NCBI GenBank assembly: GCA_964013405.1
Contig: CAXGWI010000046.1
Location: 1-23,517 of the forward strand
Direction of reading: 5' to 3'
Source of the DNA: an uncultured Myxococcales bacterium
GTDB taxonomy: Bacteria; Myxococcota; UBA4151
DNA: 23,517 nucleotides
The notes under the pieces are model-generated. The model saw only the letters and a list, made by a program, of their open reading frames with translations, was not told the DNA's origin and made no database searches. The first letter of the stretch is position 1, and each line of letters starts with the position of its first letter. Shown here piece by piece: positions 1 through 9,169 of the stretch. Position numbers and translations under genes: made by a program.

Positions 1-10
1 CAAGCCGATC

Positions 11-670
11 GTGGGATTCCTGGACGTACCATGCCTTCGCTGTGGTTTGAGGTTCCCACAGGACCTATCATCAACAACAGACCCAGACGAGCCTCCGGTG
101 GAGGGCAAGGTGAAGGTCATTGGCTCTTTGTTTGGTCCTCGATGTTGCAACAAATGTTGGCACGAATCGATAGCGGCTGGCTTCGACTTAACGAATAAGG
201 CGGAGGTCAAACGCTGGAAGCGGACAGATTGGTCGGTGATGCCTACGACGACAACTCAACCACTTGAGCCCGTTGATGCCGTTGAGTCCGTTGATGCCGT
301 TGAGTCATTTGATGCCGTTGAGTCATTTGATGCCGTTGAGTCATTTGATGCTGTTGAGTCATTTGATGCTGTTGATGCCGTTGAGTCATTTGATGCTGTT
401 GATGCCGTTGAGTCATTTGATGCCTTTGTTGCCGTTGATGCAGCTGAGCTAGCCACAGGAGGAAGAACGATGGCCATGTTAGGAACTCTTGAGAACAGGT
501 GTGAGCGGGGGGCATTCCTAGTGAAAACCGATTTACATTATCGCGCGAAACTCCCTCACGGGTGGCTAGTATATGGTGGCGAGGACGAAACAACGCCTTG
601 CTTCGTTCCCTTCGCCGAAGACGGAACTGGCTGGGGACCGAACGACCCTGCGGCTTTAAGGCCCTATTAG
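11..670 (+). CDS. Hypothetical protein with Cys motifs (CLRC...CCNKC) and an internal DAV/ESF tandem repeat; may extend 5' beyond the window
   Basis: 219-codon ORF; the frame is also open from position 2, so the GTG at 11 may not be the true start; no recognisable family. Confidence 0.5.
   Translation: MGFLDVPCLRCGLRFPQDLSSTTDPDEPPVEGKVKVIGSLFGPRCCNKCWHESIAAGFDLTNKAEVKRWKRTDWSVMPTTTTQPLEPVDAVESVDAVESFDAVESFDAVESFDAVESFDAVDAVESFDAVDAVESFDAFVAVDAAELATGGRTMAMLGTLENRCERGAFLVKTDLHYRAKLPHGWLVYGGEDETTPCFVPFAEDGTGWGPNDPAALRPY
265..440 (+). repeat. Intragenic tandem repeat built from 9-bp subunits (GATGCCGTT / GAGTCATTT), mostly 18-bp period with some 27-bp units
   Basis: Read directly: gatgccgttgagtcattt repeated, encoding DAVESF and DAVDAVESF. 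Confidence 0.95.
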
Positions 671-675
671 TTCTT

Positions 676-700
676 CTTCTTATCATTTAGTTCCGCATTT
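676..700 (+). repeat. 25-bp direct repeat, copy 1 (CTTCTTATCATTTAGTTCCGCATTT)
   Basis: Exact match to 2281-2305; starts 5 bp after the stop of ORF 11-670. Confidence 0.95.
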
Positions 701-752
701 ACTTGGGCGATGAGTTCGTTCTCTGCTCGCTGAAACCTTCCGATTCTTGACC

Positions 753-1079
753 CTAATCCTCACTCGGGTTCCGAAACAGGTCATCAATCTGCTTCCACAA
801 CACAGGGCAGAGGTGTTCCAAATCATCCCGTTCGTGATTGCTTCCCCAGCGGTAGATGAACCCGCCACCATCAACATATCCCTCTATTGAGGTCAGCATC
901 TCGGGGAAGCCCTCGGGAACGAGGTTGAGTGCGAAGATTGATTGTTGTCTATCGTTGGCTACTTCCCAGCCAGAGTAGCCACCCAAGTCGTTCATCGTCA
1001 GCCTGCGGTTGAGTTCCGTAATCTTGTCTTTGAACTCGTTGACCTCAGCCCAAATCGCTGAAGCACAGAGGCTCGCCAC
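753..1079 (-). CDS. Hypothetical protein, probably a 5'-truncated gene fragment
   Basis: The first ~13 codons are the antisense of the Sel1 remnant; the rest (NEFKDKITELNRR...RNPSED) has protein-like composition; no family recognised. Confidence 0.35.
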   Translation of the reverse strand: MASLCASAIWAEVNEFKDKITELNRRLTMNDLGGYSGWEVANDRQQSIFALNLVPEGFPEMLTSIEGYVDGGGFIYRWGSNHERDDLEHLCPVLWKQIDDLFRNPSED

Positions 1080-1167
1080 CCACTGTGCTGAAATGATTCG
1101 AAAGAAAGAGAAGTGGTCCGGGTTGGCTTCTCAGGGTGGTGCGGCATACCTGTGCGACGGTGGGTAG
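1039..1167 (+). pseudogene. C-terminal remnant of a Sel1-repeat paralog (LTSAQIAEAQRLATHC...CDGG*)
   Basis: 1041-1076 matches 2178-2213 of the intact Sel1 gene at 34/36 nt (MTSAQIAKAQRLA); the frame is closed by TAG at 976-978 and has no upstream Sel1 repeats. Confidence 0.7.
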
Positions 1168-1218
1168 GGGCTCAGCCCTCACCTTCCCAAATCACATCAG
1201 GTTTGAGAGGCTGCTTCT

Positions 1219-2262
1219 ATGAGCAAGCCCCTAAGTAAGATTTTGCTGATAGTTGCCGTGCTCTTTGGAAGTGCGGGGGTGAGTTACGCTGCGGATTTAC
1301 AAAAGGGATTTGCTGCCGCCAAACGGGGCGATTTCAAAACTGCTTTGCGTGAGTTCAAATCCATTGCTGAACAGGGTGATGCGGCTGCCCAGTTCTATCT
1401 GGGTCTGATGTACTACAACGGACAAGGTGTCCCGCAGGATTATAAGGCTGCTGTGAAGTGGTACAGGTTGGCTGTTAAACAGGGGTTTTCGCCTGCCCAG
1501 TACCATCTGGGTCTGATGTACGCCAGCGGACTAGGTGCTCCGCAGGACTATAAGACTGCTGTGAAGTGGTACAGGTTGGCTGCTGAACAGGGGTTTGCGC
1601 CTGCCCAGTCCAGTCTGGGTTTGACGTACGCCAAAGGGCAAGGTGTCCCGCAGGACTATAAGACTGCTGTGAAGTGGTACAGGTTGGCTGCTGAACAGGG
1701 TCATCCGGGTGCCCAGTTCAGTCTGGGTCTGATTTACGACCAAGGAAAAGGTGTCCCGCAGGACTATAAGGCTGCTGTGAAGTGGTACAGGTTGGCTGCT
1801 GAACAGGGTGAGGCGACTGCACAGTACAGTCTGGGTGAGATGTACAAAGTCGGATTAGGTGTCCCGCAGGATCATCAGGCTGCTGTGAAGTGGTACAGGT
1901 TGGCTGCTGAACAGGGTGAGGCGACTGCACAGTACAGTCTGGGTGTGATGTACAAAGACGGATTAGGTGTCCCGCAGGATCATCAGGCTGCTGTGAAGTG
2001 GTTCAGGTTGGCTTCTGAGCAGGGTCTTGCGCTTGCCCAGGCTAATCTGAGTGCGATGTACGCCTTAGGAGAAGGTGTCCCGAAGGATTATATTTATGCT
2101 CATATGTGGGCAAATCTTGGTGCGGTATCTGGGAAAAAGGAACTTATGAAACTGCGGGATTTGATAGTGGAGAAGATGACCTCAGCCCAAATCGCTAAGG
2201 CACAGAGGCTCGCTTCCGAGTGTGTCCATAAGAAATACAAGGGCTGCGAGACCAAGTATTAG
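1219..2262 (+). CDS. Secreted Sel1-like repeat (SLR/TPR) protein
   Basis: Signal-peptide-like N-terminus (KILLIVAVLFGSAGVSYA); six full 36-aa AQxxLGxxYxxGxGVPQDxxxAVKWYRLAAEQG units plus a terminal AxMWxNL unit and a typical MTxAQIAxAQxLA tail. Confidence 0.95.
   Translation: MSKPLSKILLIVAVLFGSAGVSYAADLQKGFAAAKRGDFKTALREFKSIAEQGDAAAQFYLGLMYYNGQGVPQDYKAAVKWYRLAVKQGFSPAQYHLGLMYASGLGAPQDYKTAVKWYRLAAEQGFAPAQSSLGLTYAKGQGVPQDYKTAVKWYRLAAEQGHPGAQFSLGLIYDQGKGVPQDYKAAVKWYRLAAEQGEATAQYSLGEMYKVGLGVPQDHQAAVKWYRLAAEQGEATAQYSLGVMYKDGLGVPQDHQAAVKWFRLASEQGLALAQANLSAMYALGEGVPKDYIYAHMWANLGAVSGKKELMKLRDLIVEKMTSAQIAKAQRLASECVHKKYKGCETKY
1381..2028 (+). repeat. Six 108-bp tandem coding repeats within the Sel1 gene
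   Basis: Near-identical units; 1771-1878 and 1879-1986 differ at only 2 nt. Confidence 0.9.
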
Positions 2263-2280
2263 CCGCTGATGGTGGGCTTA

Positions 2281-2305
2281 CTTCTTATCATTTAGTTCCG
2301 CATTT
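2281..2305 (+). repeat. 25-bp direct repeat, copy 2
   Basis: Exact match to 676-700; starts 18 bp after the Sel1 stop codon. Confidence 0.95.
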
Positions 2306-2490
2306 CTCTCTATTGATTGAACGCTTACCACCTGACTTTTGGTCCTGGCGTCCATCAATAGACCAACGACCAGACTTCTCCTTCTTACTGCTGAACTTTC
2401 CACCTTTGTAGGCGTGGTGGGGTTTGGCGTCTTGGATGACTCCGTTTCATAGCCCTGCTACAGGCAGCCCGCGCCAGGAGGGGCTCGATC

Positions 2491-5349
<2,859 letters not shown>

Positions 5350-5530
5350 CGGTGGCCGCGGCCAGGCCCCGGGGCCGGCCGAATCAAAGACTTAGGCCCG
5401 ACTTGCAGGGGATGTCACGGGCCCCAAACACGGGTTTTTACGAAAAAAGTCTGACCAAAAACCTGACGGGCCGGCCGCCAGGCCCGAGGCTCAAGTTGCG
5501 CCACGAAAGGCGCGATGAAGGAGTCCAGGG

Positions 5531-6421
5531 TTGGACGAGATCCGCAATCGAATCTTTGAGAGTTCCTGTGCCCACATGAAGGAGTTGCCCGATAACTCCG
5601 TGGACCTCATCTTTACCTCGCCGCCATACGAGAGCCGAAAGAAGTACGACACACCTGACGGTGATCTGGGGCGCCTCCGCGAAGACGCCTTTCTCGAGGC
5701 CCTCCAGCCCATTCTTTCGGAGTGTCAGCGGGTGCTCAAACCCACGGGCTCGTTCTTCCTGAACTTCCAAGGTCAGTACATCGATGGGCGCTTCAGTTTG
5801 ACCGAGGCGAAACTGCCGATTCTCGCGGTGGAAGAGTGCGGACTGGGCTACGTTCAGAATCTCTATTGGACAAAGACACGGCCTCGGCCCGACAACTACA
5901 ACCGTCGGCTGAAAAACCGCAACGAGCTGATCTATCACTTCGTGAAGTCACTGGACGACTACGTGGTCCACAAGGATGCGGTGCGTGAGCCCAGCCGCCA
6001 CCGCGGCCACGACAGCAACTGCCCCCTCTGCAACTCCCTGGTGAAGGGCAAAATGGACAAGCGCGCTTGGAAGTACAATCCCAAGGGCCGCGACCCCGGC
6101 AACGTGATCTTCATGAAGGGCGCGACCGGCCAGGGCACCGGGGACACCTGGGGCGGCAAGTCCATGGGCAAGGCCCGCAGCAATGTGCATCCGGCCCTCA
6201 TGCCCCAGGGGCTTGCCGACTTCTTTGTCAAATATGGCAGTGCAGAAGGCCAGTTGGTCCTCGATCCCTTTATGGGCTCAGGCACCACCGGCATCGCCGC
6301 AGCCCTCTTGGGGCGGGATTACGTGGGCTACGAGTTAAGCCCGACCTACGCTGAGCAAGCCCGCCTTCGTTGCGAGCAAGCCCAAGCCCACTGGTTGCAG
6401 GCCCAGCAAAAAGCCAGTTAG
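5531..6421 (+). CDS. Beta-class site-specific DNA amino-methyltransferase (likely N4-cytosine), orphan
   Basis: Catalytic TSPPY precedes the SAM-binding DPFMGSGTT (beta order); HPALMP motif; GYEL; TTG start with AAGGAG 7 nt upstream. Confidence 0.92.
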   Translation: MDEIRNRIFESSCAHMKELPDNSVDLIFTSPPYESRKKYDTPDGDLGRLREDAFLEALQPILSECQRVLKPTGSFFLNFQGQYIDGRFSLTEAKLPILAVEECGLGYVQNLYWTKTRPRPDNYNRRLKNRNELIYHFVKSLDDYVVHKDAVREPSRHRGHDSNCPLCNSLVKGKMDKRAWKYNPKGRDPGNVIFMKGATGQGTGDTWGGKSMGKARSNVHPALMPQGLADFFVKYGSAEGQLVLDPFMGSGTTGIAAALLGRDYVGYELSPTYAEQARLRCEQAQAHWLQAQQKAS

Positions 6422-6443
6422 CCGCCGCGGCTGTCCAATGCTG

Positions 6444-7178
6444 TCACTGCCCTTGGTTTAAGGCTCGCTCTTTAAGCCAGCGGCCGTGGGCCCGATGGGC
6501 CTCTTGAACCGCTGCACCCCAATGGAGCCCTTGGCTGCGGAATCCGGTCACCAGGCTGGCAAGCCGGCAGCCCGTGCCACGAAAAGACCCGGGCAGGCGA
6601 GGCTGGCGCAAAGCCTGCGGTGGCTGGGAGCCGGCCAACAGATCCTCCATCTCCGGTCCCTCTCCGTGCCCTCCCTTGAGCAGGATGCGACGGGCCCCAA
6701 GGGCCTTGAGCCCCTCAAGCAGGTCGGTGGATTCAACGCCGACCATGCCGGTGAGCGCTTCGGCTTCCGGCTGATTTGGGGTGATGAGGTCGGCCCGCCG
6801 GAGCAGCCGTCGGTAAAGCTCCCCTTGGCAGTCATCCAAGTAGCAAGCTCTTCCGCTGCTAGAGGCCAAGACCGGATCCAGCACCCACTCCACCGAGTCG
6901 GGGACCCAATCCAAGAGAAGAGCGACCTGCTGCTCATCCACGAGGATGCCGGTTTTGAGGTGGGTGATGGTGGTCTCCGCGCGCACGATCTCCAGTTGTT
7001 GGCGCAAGCGACTGATCGGCGTGCCCCAAAGCTGCATTTGCCCGTCGTCTTGAGCCGTCTGCGCGGTGATGAGGGCTGCGGCCGGTTGGAGCTCAAGGCG
7101 GGCTAAGGCTTCGATGTCCGCACCGAGACCGGCCCGGCCCAGGGGGTCCCAGCCGCCCGCAATGAGGATGGAGCTCAT
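6444..7178 (-). CDS. thiD: Hydroxymethylpyrimidine/phosphomethylpyrimidine kinase (ThiD-like, ribokinase fold)
   Basis: IAGGWDPLGRAGLGADI, TAQ, KTG, VLDPVL, LITPNxxEA, LLKGGH, GTGC motifs; ATGA overlap with the thiE stop (alternative start at 7184). Confidence 0.85.
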   Translation of the reverse strand: MSSILIAGGWDPLGRAGLGADIEALARLELQPAAALITAQTAQDDGQMQLWGTPISRLRQQLEIVRAETTITHLKTGILVDEQQVALLLDWVPDSVEWVLDPVLASSSGRACYLDDCQGELYRRLLRRADLITPNQPEAEALTGMVGVESTDLLEGLKALGARRILLKGGHGEGPEMEDLLAGSQPPQALRQPRLPGSFRGTGCRLASLVTGFRSQGLHWGAAVQEAHRAHGRWLKERALNQGQ

Positions 7179-7777
7179 CGCCATAATCCACAGAGCCGGC
7201 GAAAAGCCGCCGCCGGATCGGCCGCATTGAAGACGGCCCCGATGATTGCGGCTGCATGGGCCCCTTGCCCCTGGACCTGCACGAGATTGCTTGCATCGAT
7301 GCCGCCGATCGCGACCACCGGTTTCGCCCCCGCAGCCGTCACCGCTGCGCCGAGCTGTTCCAGCCCCCTGGGGCTCAAGGCATTGGTTTTAGAGGCGGTC
7401 GTTGCGATGGGCCCGAAGCCCAGATGGTCGACGCGGGGATCCTGTGTCGCCGCTCGTACCTGCGCCAGGCTGTGGGTGGAGCGACCCAGCAGGCCGGGGA
7501 TGGGGGGGGAGGGGCCGTCCTCTTGGCCTAAATGAAGGCCCAGGTTGTCGTCGTCGAGCCAATCGAGCCGATCGTTGATGATGAGGGGGATGTGACGGGG
7601 TTCGCATGCGGCTTTGAGTTTGCTCAGCAGCTCATCGGGCCGTTGGCTGTGGCCTTTGGCTCGCAACTGCAGCGCCACCGGTTGATGGGGGGCACAGGCC
7701 TGCAGAAAAACCTCCGGGTCGAGTCCCTGGGCCGCCGCCAGATCCCAAATCAAATAGATCCCCGAACGGAAACTCAC
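7175..7777 (-). CDS. thiE: Thiamine-phosphate synthase
   Basis: QLRAK, IINDR, HLGQED, GRSTHS, FGPIxxTxSK, VAIGGI motifs; GTG start overlaps the upstream stop. Confidence 0.92.
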   Translation of the reverse strand: MSFRSGIYLIWDLAAAQGLDPEVFLQACAPHQPVALQLRAKGHSQRPDELLSKLKAACEPRHIPLIINDRLDWLDDDNLGLHLGQEDGPSPPIPGLLGRSTHSLAQVRAATQDPRVDHLGFGPIATTASKTNALSPRGLEQLGAAVTAAGAKPVVAIGGIDASNLVQVQGQGAHAAAIIGAVFNAADPAAAFRRLCGLWR

Positions 7778-9105
7778 ATCAGCCCTAGCGTTTTAAGTTT
7801 TTTGCGCAGGGTATTGCGGTTGATGCCCAGATGCTTGGCTGCGCGAATTTGTTTGCCGCCAACCCGCTCCATCACCAGCCCGATGAGGGCTCGCTCCACC
7901 TCGGCAAGAACCGCTTCGTGGATGCCTTCGGGCAGGGGGCGGTCCACGGGCATGGCCGACTCCAGACGCATGCGAACCAGTTCTTCCAGCGGCATCTTGA
8001 GCCAGTCCCGATTCGAACTGCGTTCTCGCCGCCGATGGGCCAACTCACGGGCGGCGAGATCCACAAGAGGCTCATCGGGCTCTTGCAGCAATTCAAGCCG
8101 CTGTAGGAAGTTGCGCAACTGGCGGAGATTCCCGGGCCAGCGCTCACCGGCTAAAAGCTCGATAAGACCCTTTTCTTGGGCCAGATCTGGTGCCATGGCC
8201 TCCAGGATCATCGGCAGGTCATCGAGCCGTTCACGCAAGGGGGGAATGTAGAGCAAATGGACGGCGATCCGGTGATAGAGGTCGGCCCGAAACCGGCCGG
8301 CAGCCACCGCCTGTTCTAGGTCTTCTCGGCTGCTGGCGATGATGCGGACATCCACTTGTTTGCTGCGACCACCGATGGGGCGAACCTCCCCCCGCTCCAA
8401 AACCCGCAGGAGGCTCGCTTGATGGCGCAATTCTAAGTCATTCACCCCATCGAGAAAGAGGGTTCCTCCATGGGCCTCTTCGATGCGACCGACTCGCCGC
8501 TCTTTCGCGTCGGTAAAGGCACCCTCTTCGTGTCCAAAGAGCTCGGCTTCGACCAACTCGCCTGGCAGCGCGCCCGCTGAAAGCACCACAAAGGGGCCGT
8601 TGGCCCGAGCGCTGGTGCCGTGGAGGGATCGCACCACCCGCTCCTTTCCCACACCGGTTTCACCCATCACCAAGACGGGCTCGTCCCGCCGAGCGAGCTT
8701 GCTGATCTGTCCCCGGAGCCGTTCGATTGCCGGCGAATCGCCGCCGAGCACTAGATCGCTGACGTCTGTTTTCGCCGGCGGCGCTTCCTGCGGTGGCTCA
8801 AGCTGGGGTAGCCCCTCCTCGATCAGCCCCGCTGCTCCTGCAGCCAGGAGTCGAGCACTGTCTTCTCCCTCAGGCCAGAGCCAGGTAGGGACACCGGCCA
8901 AGCGAGCGATGAGCTCGAGCCCTTCACCATCGGGCAATTGGGCGGCGACGAGGGCGAGGTCGAAGTGCTCTTCACACCGGGGCCGGGCCCCATTGAGATC
9001 GGGAAGAAGCAGGACGTCCCAGCCGGCCTGGTCATAACAGCGCGCCGCTTCGGTTCCGGTCGCATCGGGGCGAACGATGAGGATCCTCTTGGCAAGCTCG
9101 GTCAT
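7774..9105 (-). CDS. NtrC-like sigma54 enhancer-binding-family regulator with degenerate receiver and AAA+ motifs and a Fis-type HTH
   Basis: Walker A GETGVGKE, ELFGHEEGAFTDA, FRADLYHRI, WPGN, C-terminal AAKHLGINRNTLRKKL; start placed at 9105 (MTELAKRILIV) because the longer ORF overlaps the thiolase. Confidence 0.88.
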   Translation of the reverse strand: MTELAKRILIVRPDATGTEAARCYDQAGWDVLLLPDLNGARPRCEEHFDLALVAAQLPDGEGLELIARLAGVPTWLWPEGEDSARLLAAGAAGLIEEGLPQLEPPQEAPPAKTDVSDLVLGGDSPAIERLRGQISKLARRDEPVLVMGETGVGKERVVRSLHGTSARANGPFVVLSAGALPGELVEAELFGHEEGAFTDAKERRVGRIEEAHGGTLFLDGVNDLELRHQASLLRVLERGEVRPIGGRSKQVDVRIIASSREDLEQAVAAGRFRADLYHRIAVHLLYIPPLRERLDDLPMILEAMAPDLAQEKGLIELLAGERWPGNLRQLRNFLQRLELLQEPDEPLVDLAARELAHRRRERSSNRDWLKMPLEELVRMRLESAMPVDRPLPEGIHEAVLAEVERALIGLVMERVGGKQIRAAKHLGINRNTLRKKLKTLGLM

Positions 9106-9130
9106 TTGCAGTCTACCCGGCTCCAGAACA

Positions 9131-9152
9131 TAGGAGCCACTTAAAGCTCCTA
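9131..9152. promoter_or_regulatory. Perfect 7-bp inverted repeat TAGGAGC-N8-GCTCCTA in the divergent intergenic gap; candidate operator
   Basis: Seen directly in the 64-bp gap between the regulator and the thiolase; function is inferred. Confidence 0.35.
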
Positions 9153-9169
9153 ATTGGGGGGTCCCTGGC

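Noticed and set aside
243..686. Alternative-frame ORFs across the VNTR (STASND, MTQRHQ, MPLSHL repeats), including an antifreeze-like reading
   Set aside because: The repeat lacks stops in several frames, so these ORFs arise automatically; no independent support
1041..2217. Diversity-generating retroelement TR/VR pair (1041-1090 vs 2178-2227)
   Set aside because: The match is short, mismatches are not adenine-specific (G/A, C/T, C/G), and no reverse transcriptase is present
676..2305. CRISPR repeats, integron attC or dif site as the identity of the 25-bp repeat
   Set aside because: Only two copies 1.6 kb apart and no cas genes; no RYYYAAC/GTTRRRY boxes; GTTCCGCAT resembles a XerC arm but no convincing XerD arm follows
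2390..2411. LexA/SOS box upstream of uvrA (GCTGAAC...GTAG)
   Set aside because: Half-site spacing does not fit the myxobacterial consensus as I recall it, and no E. coli-type CTGT-N8-ACAG was noticed
5352..5579. 75-aa ORF between uvrA and the MTase as a controller (C) protein or restriction partner
   Set aside because: Arg/Pro-rich composition, no HTH or nuclease motif, and it overlaps the MTase start
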